DNA of 52,343 bases from Patescibacteria group bacterium (GCA_004321885.1 SCQK01000002.1:1-52343), one strand, 5' to 3'. Counted from the first letter of the stretch, positions 1-9,150 are shown. Numbers and translations are program-made. The notes: a model not told the origin generated them from the letters alone.

Positions 1-167
1 TGAAGCGCGCACAAGCCGCTGCGGCGGCGCGGCGCTATCTTCATGTACGAAGAAACAAACTTGCGCAAAGTGCCGATGTCCTTATAATCCACGGCCAGCC
101 TGTTATTCACGCAATAATAGCATTGCTTGCCTTTGAAAATGGTCGTCTGTGTTTTTGTCTTTAGCAT
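1..167 (-). CDS. rpsR: 30S ribosomal protein S18 (partial; start at 167, C-terminus runs off the window edge)
   Basis: Reverse-strand translation from ATG at 167..165 gives MLKTKTQTTIFKGKQCYYCVNNRLAVDYKDIGTLRKFVSSYMKIAPRRRSGLCA, matching the conserved S18 core (IDYKD..L..F.SE.GKI.PRR.TG). It lies downstream of ssb in the classical rpsF-ssb-rpsR order. Confidence 0.8.
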   Translation of the reverse strand, partial: MLKTKTQTTIFKGKQCYYCVNNRLAVDYKDIGTLRKFVSSYMKIAPRRRSGLCAL

Positions 168-186
168 ATCAGATATAATTTTTACT

Positions 187-630
187 TCAAAACGGAATAT
201 CCTCCACTCTTATTTCTTCTTCTATCACTTCGGCCGGCCCGGCTACAGGCCCCGCCTCTAGCGGAGCGGCCACGACCGGCGCCGGACCGGCACCCTCGCC
301 GCGCGGCCCGTCGAGCATTATCATGTTTTCCCCAATCACTTCGGTGCGGTAGCGCTTGAGGCCGTCCTGGCCCACCCAGTTGCGCGTTTGCATGCGGCCT
401 TCTATATACACCTTGCGCCCCTTGCGCAAATACTGGTTGGCTATTTCTCCCAACTTGGACCAGAGCACCACATTGTGAAACTCGGTCTGCTGCTGTTTTT
501 GCCCGTTGGCGTCTTTCCAAACCCGCCCGGTGGCCACGCCAAAGCTGGCGACCGACCGCCCGGTCGCGGTACTGCGCAACTCAGGGTCCTGCGTCAACCG
601 GCCTATAATCATCACGCGATTTAGGTCCAT
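187..630 (-). CDS. ssb: Single-stranded DNA-binding protein
   Basis: 147 aa with an OB-fold N-terminus (MIIGRLTQDPELR...), a Gly/Pro/Ala-rich linker and the canonical acidic C-terminal tail ending DIPF. It sits between rpsF and rpsR. Confidence 0.9.
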   Translation of the reverse strand: MDLNRVMIIGRLTQDPELRSTATGRSVASFGVATGRVWKDANGQKQQQTEFHNVVLWSKLGEIANQYLRKGRKVYIEGRMQTRNWVGQDGLKRYRTEVIGENMIMLDGPRGEGAGPAPVVAAPLEAGPVAGPAEVIEEEIRVEDIPF

Positions 631-645
631 AATAATGAATTAAAA

Positions 646-1110
646 TTACACCCCGGGAATTACGTCCCCGCCCAAAATCTCATCCAATTTTTTGTCAATA
701 TCCTTCAAATCCACCGGCCCCTTGCGCTCTTCGGCCAGCGGGCGAACGCCGTCTTCGCTTTTTTCCATCATAGTGGTAACCCCGGCTTCGCTGGTGGTGT
801 ACATAATTTTTTTAGCCGCCGTCACATTGGTCTTGAAATGAGCGACAATGGCGCGCAACAGATTCGTCTTCGCCTTCAGCTTGACTTCCAGCTCTTTCAC
901 AGCCGGCGCGACGGCCTCAAAAACTATGGCATAAAAATAGCCGTAGCGGATTTGCTTGATGGGATAGGCCAGGCGCATTTTGCCGATATTGTTTGTTTCC
1001 AGGTACTGGCCGTGCGCCTTGATCATTTCTACGATTTCCGCCAGCCGGGCGGCCGCCTCTTGGTCGTCCAAGGTGCCGGGCAGAACCAGTAATAACTCGT
1101 ATTTTTGCAT
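646..1110 (-). CDS. rpsF: 30S ribosomal protein S6 (with an extended acidic C-terminus)
   Basis: N-terminal MQKYELLLVL... followed by AYPI is typical of S6. The operon context is rpsF-ssb-rpsR. Confidence 0.85.
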   Translation of the reverse strand: MQKYELLLVLPGTLDDQEAAARLAEIVEMIKAHGQYLETNNIGKMRLAYPIKQIRYGYFYAIVFEAVAPAVKELEVKLKAKTNLLRAIVAHFKTNVTAAKKIMYTTSEAGVTTMMEKSEDGVRPLAEERKGPVDLKDIDKKLDEILGGDVIPGV

Positions 1111-1168
1111 ATGGGGGTAAATTTTATTTGTTGGCTTATATTACCATAACAATAAAAAAAGTCAACTA

Positions 1169-1196
1169 TTTAACGCCATCGGTTTTTATGATATAA
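1169..1196 (+). promoter_or_regulatory. Candidate sigma70-like promoter for the pil operon (TTAACG-16 nt-TATAAT) in the divergent rpsF/pilB intergenic region
   Basis: The hexamers ttaacg (1169-1174) and tataat (1191-1196) are 16 nt apart, and the -10 lies 24 nt upstream of the pilB ATG. This is sequence inspection only. Confidence 0.3.
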
Positions 1197-1219
1197 TAAT
1201 TCCAATTCTAACCACTTCT

Positions 1220-2941
1220 ATGCTCCCCATAAAAGTTTTGAAAAACGTCATCAAAAAATACAAGCTCGGCACGGCTGATGTTTGGCGCGCGGCCCAGGCC
1301 AAGGCCACCAAAATGAACAAAAATTTGGAAGACACGCTCATTGCCGACGGCACCGTGGACGAAACCGAACTCTACGAAAAAGCGGCCGACTATCTTAACC
1401 TGCCTTTTGTCGGCCTGAAAGGGCGCGAGATAAAAAAGGAAGTGCTGAACCTGATTCCCGGGCCCGTGGCCGGCACGCACCAGGTCATTGCTTTTGAAAA
1501 AGAAAAGACTGACTTGAAGCTGGCCATGACCGACCCCACAGACATCCAGACCATTGAATTCCTGCGGCGCAAAACCGGGCTGGAGCCAAAGGTTTACATC
1601 ACCTCTCCCGGAGACTTGAAAGAAGCCCTGCGGCGCTACCACAGCGAGTTAGAGGAAGACTTGAAGGTTATCCAAGATGTGTCGGGCGGCGGCCTCACGA
1701 GCAAAGACCTAAAAAAGGCGGCCGAAGAGGTTTCTATTATCAACGTGGTCAACAGCGTTTTGGAGCACGCGGTCTACGAGGGGGCTTCGGATATTCACAT
1801 CGAGCCGGGCGAAAAAGAAATCACGGTGCGCTACCGCATAGACGGCGTGTTAAAGCCCATCATGACCCTGCCGAAAAATATCCAAAACGGCATTATCGCG
1901 CGCGTCAAAATTTTGGCCAACCTGAAAATTGACGAACACATGATACCCCAGGACGGGCGCTTCAAAATTCAGATTCAGGATGAAAAGCTGGCGTTCCGCA
2001 CTTCGGTGATTCCGGTCTACGACGGCGAAAAAATCGTCTTGCGCCTGCTCCACGAGGGCGCCAAGCCCCTATCTTTGGACCAGCTTGGCTTTTTGGCCAA
2101 GGCGCAAAAATCGCTGGAAGAGGCCATCAAAAAACCGCACGGCATGGTACTCGTCACCGGCCCCACGGGCTCGGGCAAAACCACCACGCTTTACTCGGTG
2201 CTCGGCATCATCAACCGGCCCGGGGTAAACATCTCCACCATTGAAGACCCGATTGAGTACCGTATCGCCGGGGTCAACCAAAGCCAGATAAATCCCAAGG
2301 TGGGCTTTACCTTTGCCTCGGGCCTGCGCGCTTTTTTGCGCCAAGACCCAAACATCATCATGGTCGGCGAAATCCGCGACCAGGAAACCGCCGAAATCGC
2401 CATCCACGCGGCCATGACCGGCCATTTGGTGCTCTCCACCCTGCACACCAACGATGCCCCCACCACTGTGCCCCGCCTGATAGACATGGGCGTGCCCCCG
2501 TTTTTGGTGGCCTTTACCACGAACATTATCATCGCCCAGCGCCTGGTGCGCAAAATCTGCGCTTTTTGCAAAGAAGAATATTATCTGGATAAAGCCGCCG
2601 GCGACGAGCTGGGCAAGGTTTTTGACATCAAAAAACTCTCACAGCTTTTCAAAGACAACATATCCGACTACAAGGAAAAAGACCCGAATAAAATTGTCTT
2701 TTCCAAAGGCAAGGGTTGCCGCCGCTGCGGCGAAACCGGGTACAAGGGCCGCATGGGCATTTATGAAGTGATGGAAATAGACGAGGAGCTGACCAAAAAA
2801 ATCAACGCGCGGGCCAATGCCGACGAGATTAAGGCCTACGCGCGGACGCACGGCATGCTCACCATGCTGGAAGACGGCATTATCAAGGCCAAAATGGGGG
2901 TCACCTCCATCAGCGAAGTATTGCGCGTGACCAAAGAATAG
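1220..2941 (+). CDS. pilB: Type IV pilus assembly ATPase PilB (GspE family)
   Basis: 573 aa with an N-terminal GspII_E N-domain and a Walker A motif (GPTGSGKTTTLYS). The Asp box, Walker B/His box region and tetracysteine motif (CAFC...CRRCG) are present. It is followed by pilC. Confidence 0.9.
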   Translation: MLPIKVLKNVIKKYKLGTADVWRAAQAKATKMNKNLEDTLIADGTVDETELYEKAADYLNLPFVGLKGREIKKEVLNLIPGPVAGTHQVIAFEKEKTDLKLAMTDPTDIQTIEFLRRKTGLEPKVYITSPGDLKEALRRYHSELEEDLKVIQDVSGGGLTSKDLKKAAEEVSIINVVNSVLEHAVYEGASDIHIEPGEKEITVRYRIDGVLKPIMTLPKNIQNGIIARVKILANLKIDEHMIPQDGRFKIQIQDEKLAFRTSVIPVYDGEKIVLRLLHEGAKPLSLDQLGFLAKAQKSLEEAIKKPHGMVLVTGPTGSGKTTTLYSVLGIINRPGVNISTIEDPIEYRIAGVNQSQINPKVGFTFASGLRAFLRQDPNIIMVGEIRDQETAEIAIHAAMTGHLVLSTLHTNDAPTTVPRLIDMGVPPFLVAFTTNIIIAQRLVRKICAFCKEEYYLDKAAGDELGKVFDIKKLSQLFKDNISDYKEKDPNKIVFSKGKGCRRCGETGYKGRMGIYEVMEIDEELTKKINARANADEIKAYARTHGMLTMLEDGIIKAKMGVTSISEVLRVTKE

Positions 2942-2970
2942 CCTACTACATAATGTAGTAGGCAACAACT

Positions 2971-4077
2971 ATGCCAAAAAAGAAAAAGGAATTATCCTCC
3001 TTTGAAGAAAAACTAAACCGGTGGGTGGCCAGCCATTTGAGCCGTGTGCCGACAATGCAAAAGGTCTTGTTTGTCAGCCACCTGAAAACCATGACCAAAG
3101 CCGGTCTGTCTCTGATTGACTCGCTAAAGACTTTGGAGCAGGAAATTGAAAACAAAAAACTGAAAAAAATCGTGGGCGAAATAGCGTGCGGCGTGGAAGC
3201 GGGCAAGCAGTTGAGCGAGGTGCTGGCCGAATATTCCAAAGTCTTCCCTTCCATTTACGTCAGCATGATTGCCGCCGGCGAAAAGGCCGGCAAACTGGAA
3301 CACGCCCTGGAGCAGGTCTCTTTGCAGATGAAAAAAAATCACGAGCTCATCGCGCGCGTGCGCGGCGCCATGATTTACCCGGCTATCATTGTGCTGGCCA
3401 TGGCCGGCATTGCCACAGAAGTGGTGGTCTTCATTTTGCCCAAGCTGATGACGATGTTCAAAGAAATGGACGCCGAACTGCCCCTGGCCACGCGCGCGCT
3501 TATCGGACTCACCGACGCGGTGGCGCGATACGGGCTGTGGATGGCGCTGGGCCTGGCCGCTTTTATTGTTTTAGCGGCCTGGGCCGTAAAAAAACCGCGC
3601 GTGAAAAAAGTGGTGCACACTGTCAATCTCAAACTGCCCATCGCTGGCAAAATCATAAAAAAAATCAACCTGGCGCGCTTTACCATGACCATGTCTTCTT
3701 TGCTTGAAAGCACCATCCCCATTATTGAGGCCGCGCGCATCACCGCCGACGTGCTGGGCAATGTCATTTACAAGCGCAGTTTGATGGACGTTTCCGAGGC
3801 GCTCAAAAAAGGCGAAACCCTGTCCGAAATTTTAGCCCGCTACCCGGACATTTTCCCGCCCATGGTCACTGAAATGATAACGGTGGGCGAAAAATCGGGC
3901 AAAACCGAAGAGATGCTTTCTGAACTGTCCGACTATTACTCCAATGAGGTTGACGTCACCATGAAAAATTTCACCACCATCATCGAGCCGGCCATTATTC
4001 TGGTGCTGGGCCTGGCCGTGGCCGGCATAGCCGTGGCCGTTATCATGCCCATGTATTCCCTCACCCAAAACATTTAG
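2971..4077 (+). CDS. pilC: Type IV pilus inner-membrane platform protein PilC (GspF family)
   Basis: 368 aa with two repeated GspF-type domains and three TM segments. It lies immediately downstream of pilB. Confidence 0.85.
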   Translation: MPKKKKELSSFEEKLNRWVASHLSRVPTMQKVLFVSHLKTMTKAGLSLIDSLKTLEQEIENKKLKKIVGEIACGVEAGKQLSEVLAEYSKVFPSIYVSMIAAGEKAGKLEHALEQVSLQMKKNHELIARVRGAMIYPAIIVLAMAGIATEVVVFILPKLMTMFKEMDAELPLATRALIGLTDAVARYGLWMALGLAAFIVLAAWAVKKPRVKKVVHTVNLKLPIAGKIIKKINLARFTMTMSSLLESTIPIIEAARITADVLGNVIYKRSLMDVSEALKKGETLSEILARYPDIFPPMVTEMITVGEKSGKTEEMLSELSDYYSNEVDVTMKNFTTIIEPAIILVLGLAVAGIAVAVIMPMYSLTQNI

Positions 4078-4078
4078 T

Positions 4079-5185
4079 ATGTTCATCCGTAATCCTTTTG
4101 CCAATGCCTTTGGCATGGATATCAGCGACCTGTCCATCAAGCTGGTTCAGCTCGCGTCGTCTTCTTTGCTTGAACGCAAGAGCCTGAAGCTTAAAACCGC
4201 GCGCTCGGTGAGCCTGCCGCCGGGCCTGATTGTCAACGGCGAAATCCAGCAGCCCGAAATGGTGCGCAAAAAAATTTTGTATCTGCTTGGCAAAGAGCCA
4301 AAAGACAGCAAAAACAAACCAATTAGGGCCAGTTGGGTGGTGGCTAATCTGCCCGAATCAAAAACTTTTTTGAAGCTGATAGAGATAGCGAATGGCGAAG
4401 ACGAGCTGACTGAAGTTGATATAGCCAGCCAGGCGCGCAAACATCTGCCTTTTGAGCTGGAAGAGACCTACTTGGACTGGCAAATTTTGGAAAGCGTTGA
4501 GCCGGGCGTGTCGCGGGTGCTTATCGGCGCGTCGCCCAAACTGATAACCGATGCCTATACCTATCTTTTGGAAAGCGTGGGGCTGTGCGCGGTATCGCTG
4601 GAAATAGAAGCCGTGGCCGTAACGCGCGCCATGATAACGGCCGACAAAGATTACACCGGCCAGGCGCGCGCCATCCTGGACTTGGGCGCCACCAGGTCCA
4701 GCCTGATTGTTTACGACAAAAACAGCATCCAATTCAGCACCCTCTTGGGTTTTTCCGGCGAGCTGGTAACCACAGCCATCGAACAGGGCCTGCGCCTGGA
4801 AAGAGACGAAGCCGAAAAATTAAAAATCAAAAACGGGCTGTGTTATGACCGAGAAAATCCGCGCTACCTGATGAGCGTGGCTCCGACGGCAGAACAGCTG
4901 ATAAAAGAAATAAAAAACGCTTTTACTTTTTACAAAGCCCATTTTAGAAACACCAATAGCATCACCCATATCACCATGTGCGGCGGCATGTCCAACTGGG
5001 CCGGCATAGACAGCCTGATTTCTCGCAAACTGCGCGTCTCGGCGCGGCCCGGGCGCGCTTGGAAAAATCTTTTCAATCTCGGGATGTTTGAATATAATCA
5101 GGGAAAAAGCCTGGAGCTGGCCCCGGCCATTGGTTTGGCTTTGCGCGCGGCCAGCAATATTTTTGAAAATGGCGCGCGCATTTAG
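4079..5185 (+). CDS. pilM: Type IV pilus assembly protein PilM (actin-like ATPase fold)
   Basis: 368 aa with a PilM-like N-terminus (FGMDISDLSIKLVQL) and an actin/FtsA-like fold signature. Operon position is pilB-pilC-pilM. Confidence 0.8.
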   Translation: MFIRNPFANAFGMDISDLSIKLVQLASSSLLERKSLKLKTARSVSLPPGLIVNGEIQQPEMVRKKILYLLGKEPKDSKNKPIRASWVVANLPESKTFLKLIEIANGEDELTEVDIASQARKHLPFELEETYLDWQILESVEPGVSRVLIGASPKLITDAYTYLLESVGLCAVSLEIEAVAVTRAMITADKDYTGQARAILDLGATRSSLIVYDKNSIQFSTLLGFSGELVTTAIEQGLRLERDEAEKLKIKNGLCYDRENPRYLMSVAPTAEQLIKEIKNAFTFYKAHFRNTNSITHITMCGGMSNWAGIDSLISRKLRVSARPGRAWKNLFNLGMFEYNQGKSLELAPAIGLALRAASNIFENGARI

Positions 5186-5188
5186 AAT

Positions 5189-5776
5189 ATGATAATTGAC
5201 CTAAATCTATTACCGCCCCCCAAGAAAAACCGCCTGCGCTACATCGTGAGATTTATTTTTACCAAAGACATTTTGGAAATCACGCTTTTTGTCTGCGCCG
5301 TCATCGCCCTGTCGCTGATTTGGAGCTGGGTTGTTTTGCAGGAAAGCTTCACGCAACTGGCCCTGTCGGCCGCGGCCGTGGACCGCGAATTCGCTTCGTA
5401 CAATCAGGAAACAAAAAAACTAAACAAAACCATCAAAGGGCTCACTATGGCCAGCAAAGGTTACACGCCCGCCCTGCCCAAAATAATGGAACTGATAAAC
5501 AGCCTGCCCGGGGATATCAAATTAAATTATCTGCGCCTGGACAGAAAATCAGCCGCGCTAAATTTATCGGGCACAGCCAAAAGCCGAGCCGCCTTGCTCA
5601 ATTACCAAAAAATTTTAAGCTCTGTACCATGGGTGGAAAGAATTGATATACCGGTTTCCCAGCTTTTCCAAAAAGAAAACATCAATTTTGAAATTAAGGC
5701 CGGGCTCAAACTGCCCAAACTGCCGGGCGCCCCGGACGAACAAAGGCAGGCGGCGCCGGCCGAGGACGACATTTAA
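5189..5776 (+). CDS. pilN: PilN-like bitopic pilus assembly protein
   Basis: 195 aa with an N-terminal IDLNLLPP motif followed by a single TM helix and a periplasmic domain. It follows pilM. Confidence 0.7.
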   Translation: MIIDLNLLPPPKKNRLRYIVRFIFTKDILEITLFVCAVIALSLIWSWVVLQESFTQLALSAAAVDREFASYNQETKKLNKTIKGLTMASKGYTPALPKIMELINSLPGDIKLNYLRLDRKSAALNLSGTAKSRAALLNYQKILSSVPWVERIDIPVSQLFQKENINFEIKAGLKLPKLPGAPDEQRQAAPAEDDI

Positions 5777-5786
5777 CGATAGACTT

Positions 5787-6323
5787 ATGGCTTTGTTGGA
5801 ATCAACGACAAAAAGAATAATTTCGCTGGTAGGCGGCTTGTCTGTTTTGGCGGGCGCCATTGTGCTGGGCGTTATCTGGCCGGCGGTGAAGTCTATCAAA
5901 CAAACCACCGACGAAACATACCAGCTCCGCGCTTATCTGGAAAAAAGATACCAGCAATCTTTGCAGGCCCATGTTTCCAGGCGCAAATTCAAAGAAATCA
6001 AAGAGCAGACCGCCGAATTTCCGGAATATATATTCAAGGTCGGACAGGAATTGGCGCTCGTAACCGAACTGGAAAATTTGGCGGCCAGGCTGGGCGTGTC
6101 ACAGCAAATCACGAACAGTAATTTGGATAAAATCAGCGGTAATTCAGCCAGTGTGTCAGTGCGCGTCAGCGGCGACTACCGCGCTTTGCTGAATTACATC
6201 GCTGAAATAGACGCCATGAAATATTTTATCAGCATTGACCAATTGCAAATCGTGCCCAATTACGGCCAGGAAAAAATGAGCTATAACTTGGAATTATCCA
6301 TGCGCCTATATGCATCCAATTAA
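5787..6323 (+). CDS. pilO: PilO-like bitopic pilus assembly protein
   Basis: The ORF-track ORF 5643..6323 overlaps pilN, so the start is trimmed to the ATG at 5787 (MALLESTTKRIISLVGGLSVLAGAIVLGV...). It has a single TM helix plus a coiled-coil/periplasmic domain, as expected after pilN. Confidence 0.6.
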   Translation: MALLESTTKRIISLVGGLSVLAGAIVLGVIWPAVKSIKQTTDETYQLRAYLEKRYQQSLQAHVSRRKFKEIKEQTAEFPEYIFKVGQELALVTELENLAARLGVSQQITNSNLDKISGNSASVSVRVSGDYRALLNYIAEIDAMKYFISIDQLQIVPNYGQEKMSYNLELSMRLYASN

Positions 6324-6645
6324 CTTCAAATTCAGTCTGGAAAAAAGCGGCCGCTATGCCCACTGGCGCGTGCTTAATCTTATCATCGTCGGCCTGCTTC
6401 TGGGCGGCGCCATGTTTACCTTTTATTTCATCCAGCAAAACATCTTTTCTTCCATTGCCAATGCCAACGCTATCGTAGCCCTGCGCGCGAATGCGAGCGC
6501 CGACACGGTGAATTTACAGGCCTTCGCGGCGGCCAAAGATGCCATCGCTGAAAAAAAAATAAAAATAGAATTAAACACGGCCCTGCGCAATATTTTTTTC
6601 TATGCCGCGACTTCAACCAGAATCGCGAGCGGCACAAACCAGTGA
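6310..6645 (+). CDS. Small single-pass membrane protein of unknown function (possibly a pilus accessory protein)
   Basis: 111 aa ORF with one hydrophobic helix (LNLIIVGLLLGGAMFTFYFI). It is co-oriented with the pil operon and shows no recognisable domain. Confidence 0.4.
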   Translation: MHPINFKFSLEKSGRYAHWRVLNLIIVGLLLGGAMFTFYFIQQNIFSSIANANAIVALRANASADTVNLQAFAAAKDAIAEKKIKIELNTALRNIFFYAATSTRIASGTNQ

Positions 6646-7804
6646 ACAGAATAAATACTGGTTTGTCTTGGGCCGCGAACCGGAATTATCCGCGTCAGAA
6701 CTGGACGCGGTTCTTTGTTTGAACGGCCAATTTTCCATTAACCAAAACATCCTGATTGCGAATGCGGCTGTAAACGGCGAGCTGATAAACCGACTCGGCG
6801 GGACCATAAAAATCGGCCGGGAAATCGGAAGCGGTTTATCGGAAGAACAAATGATGGAGAAAATAATTGACGAACTAAAAACAATAGGCGGCAAAATCCA
6901 TTTTGGCTTGAGTTTTTACGGCCCTCCCCGGTTGCCGATGAAAACCTGGGGCCTACGAATCAAAAAAGAACTGACAAGCTCGGGCCTATCCGCGCGCTAT
7001 GTGGAAAACAAAACCCCGGTTTTGTCTTCGGTGACCGTGGCGAAAAATAATCTGCTTAAACGCGGGGCCGAATTTTTAATTTTTGGCGCGGGCGGTAAAT
7101 TTTCCCTTGCTAAAACCATCGCGGTCCAGCCGTTTGAAGAATTCAGCCGCCGCGATTATGGCCGCCCGGCACGCGACGACGTCAGCGGCATGCTGCCGCC
7201 GAAACTGGCCATGATGATGATAAATTTGACTGGCATCTCTCTCCCCTTGCTAAGGGGAGGGCTGGGGAGGGGTAAAATTTTGCTGGATCCTTTTTGCGGG
7301 TCGGGCACCATCCTGACCGAAGCCCTGCTTTTGGGATATGGCGACTTGGTTGGCAGTGATGTTTCCGCTAAAGCCGTGGCGGACACGTTAAAAAATATTG
7401 AATGGACGGCCAAAAATAAAAAGATAAACGTGTTTCAAAGCGACAGCGCGGACATCGGCAAACATCTCGCGCCCAACTCAATAGACGCCATTGTCACCGA
7501 ACCCTTTCTGGGCAAGCCATTGCGCGGCAATGAAAGCCGGGCCGATTTGGCCGGGCAGGCCGAAGAACTGCGACTTCTTTACGAAAAAGCCTTTCAACAA
7601 TTCCAAAAAATCATCAAACCGGGCGGCGTGGTGGTCTTCGCGAGCCCGAGATTTTTTTTCAAAAACGAAACAGTCAGGGTAAATTTTGAAACAAAAAAAT
7701 ACGGCTTTACGCCGGTTCCCTTTTTCAACAAACAAAACTTTCTTCTTTACCACCGGCCGGGCCAGCGCGTGGCGCGGGAAATCTGGCGGTTTGTTAAACG
7801 TTGA
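6602..7804 (+). CDS. THUMP-domain RNA methyltransferase (UPF0020, RlmL/Trm11-like class I SAM methyltransferase)
   Basis: 400 aa with a SAM motif LLDPFCGSGTILTEA and a catalytic TEPF (DPPY-like) motif. The N-terminal region is THUMP-like. Its start overlaps the upstream ORF by 44 nt and no alternative in-frame ATG is visible. Confidence 0.7.
   Translation: MPRLQPESRAAQTSEQNKYWFVLGREPELSASELDAVLCLNGQFSINQNILIANAAVNGELINRLGGTIKIGREIGSGLSEEQMMEKIIDELKTIGGKIHFGLSFYGPPRLPMKTWGLRIKKELTSSGLSARYVENKTPVLSSVTVAKNNLLKRGAEFLIFGAGGKFSLAKTIAVQPFEEFSRRDYGRPARDDVSGMLPPKLAMMMINLTGISLPLLRGGLGRGKILLDPFCGSGTILTEALLLGYGDLVGSDVSAKAVADTLKNIEWTAKNKKINVFQSDSADIGKHLAPNSIDAIVTEPFLGKPLRGNESRADLAGQAEELRLLYEKAFQQFQKIIKPGGVVVFASPRFFFKNETVRVNFETKKYGFTPVPFFNKQNFLLYHRPGQRVAREIWRFVKR
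7237..7276. repeat. Short palindromic element (CTCCCCTT-GCTA-AGGGGAG plus a GAGGGGTAAA tail) inserted in frame in the methyltransferase gene
   Basis: tctctccccttgctaaggggagggctggggaggggtaaa. It encodes ...SLPLLRGGLGRGK... directly before the LLDPFCGSGT motif, where homologues have a shorter loop. Related copies occur at 8212-8274 and 45172-45194. Confidence 0.6.
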
Positions 7805-8915
7805 CGTGAAAGTAACACACATCCCCATCACGGACTATATATTCTTTGCCCTCCAACCTTAACTTGCCGCTTTCTTTTATTTTTGACCAACCGCCGTACT
7901 GCACGAAGTCCTCCCAATTTGCCACATCGGCCTTGATAAAGCCCTTGATAAAATCCGTGTGAATCACCCCGGCCGCTTGCGGCGCTTTGGCGCCTTTTTT
8001 TACGGTCCAAGCGCGCGTTTCCGGTTCGCCGCTGGTTAAAAAAGTAATTAGTCCCAAAAGTTCATAACTCGCTTTAATCAATTTGTCCAAACCGGTTTCT
8101 TTCATACCCAACTCGCCCAGATACTGGCGCGCTTCATCAGGCGGCAGATCGGCCAATTCCGCTTCCAGCTTGGCGCAAATTTCTATTTGCGATGCGGTGG
8201 TCGTTGTCGATTCTCTCCCCTTTATAAGAGCTTGTCCCGAACTTGTTTCGAGAGGGGAGTGAGAGAGGGGTAAAGGCGCTTCATCGGTATTCACCACATA
8301 CAGCAAAGGCTTCATCGTCAGCAGATGCAATTCTTTCATCAATTCTGTCTCTTCCTCGTTATACTCCAACTCCCGCGCCGGTCTACTTTTTTGTAAAGTA
8401 TCATAAACTTTTTCCAGCAAAGCGATTTGATTTTGAAATTCCTTGGCCGCGGCGCCTTTTGCGGATTTTTTGAGCGTGTCCAGCCGTTTGGCCACGGTTT
8501 GCAAATCAGCCAACGCCAATTCGGTGTTGATAATTTCCGCGTCCTCGGCCGGGTTCACGCGGTTGTGCACATGGGCGACATTGGGGTCCGCGAAAGAGCG
8601 CACCACCTGCGCGATGGCGTCCACTTCGCGAATATGCGATAAAAATTTATTGCCCAAACCCTCGCCTTCGGAAGCGCCCTTTACCAAACCGGCAATATCC
8701 ACAAACTCCACGGCCGTGGGAATTATTTTTTTTGATTTAGAAATTTCGGCCAGTTTGGCTAAACGCTCGTCGGGTACCTCAACCACGCCCACATTGGGGT
8801 CTATGGTGCAAAAAGGATAATTTTGGACGTCCGCCTGCTTACTGCGAGTAAGGGCGTTGAACAAGGTTGACTTGCCCACGTTGGGCAGGCCCACTATACC
8901 GACGGAAAAAGACAT
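7794..8915 (-). CDS. ychF: Ribosome-binding ATPase YchF (Obg-family GTPase/ATPase)
   Basis: Start trimmed to MSFSVGIVGLPNVGKSTLFNALT (ATG at 8915), because the longer ORF-track start overlaps tRNA-Ser. The C-terminal TGS domain (IHTDFIKGFIKA...YIVRDGDV) is conserved. Confidence 0.9.
   Translation of the reverse strand: MSFSVGIVGLPNVGKSTLFNALTRSKQADVQNYPFCTIDPNVGVVEVPDERLAKLAEISKSKKIIPTAVEFVDIAGLVKGASEGEGLGNKFLSHIREVDAIAQVVRSFADPNVAHVHNRVNPAEDAEIINTELALADLQTVAKRLDTLKKSAKGAAAKEFQNQIALLEKVYDTLQKSRPARELEYNEEETELMKELHLLTMKPLLYVVNTDEAPLPLSHSPLETSSGQALIKGRESTTTTASQIEICAKLEAELADLPPDEARQYLGELGMKETGLDKLIKASYELLGLITFLTSGEPETRAWTVKKGAKAPQAAGVIHTDFIKGFIKADVANWEDFVQYGGWSKIKESGKLRLEGKEYIVRDGDVCYFHVNV
8212..8274. 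repeat. Palindromic element copy (CTCCCCTT...AGGGGAG...GAGAGGGGTAAA) in frame inside ychF
   Basis: tctctcccctttataagagcttgtcccgaacttgtttcgagaggggagtgagagaggggtaaa. It encodes PLPLSHSPLETSSGQALIKGRESTT in the variable loop between the G-domain and the TGS domain. It shares both ends with the copy at 7237. Confidence 0.55.
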
Positions 8916-8917
8916 AG

Positions 8918-9005
8918 CGGAGAGGGTGAGAATCGAACTCACGAGGCCATTCCTGGCCTACCGCATTTCGAGTGCGGCGCACTAGACCAACTATGCGACC
9001 TCTCC
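8918..9005 (-). tRNA. tRNA-Ser (anticodon CGA), type II with long variable arm
   Basis: Manual fold: acceptor GGAGAGG/CCTCTCC, 3-bp D stem, anticodon stem CCGCA/TGCGG with loop CTCGAAA, a long variable arm, T arm GTGAG-TTCGATT-CTCAC, and discriminator G. Confidence 0.8.
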
Positions 9006-9150
9006 AATGAATTTTTTAAATTTATCTAAATGTTTTTTATTATTTGTTCCAATAAGTTCAAAGTATGTTTTTACATCCGACAATGATCCTACCTTAACAC
9101 TCCACTTATTAAACCGCTCGGACAATATTCCGTATTTATTAAAAAATGAC

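Noticed and set aside
182-520. 112-aa Arg-rich minus-strand ORF
   Set aside because: It is an alternative frame inside ssb with extreme Arg/Gly/Ala composition, so it is not a real gene.
5643-6323. The 226-aa ORF-track version of the pilO-like gene
   Set aside because: Its first 45 codons overlap the pilN 3' end in another frame and encode an Arg/Pro-rich stretch. Trimmed to the ATG at 5787, which precedes the TM helix.
7794-8942. The longer ORF-track version of ychF starting at 8942
   Set aside because: The extension overlaps tRNA-Ser(CGA). The conserved YchF N-terminus MSFSVGIVGLPNVGKS begins at 8915.
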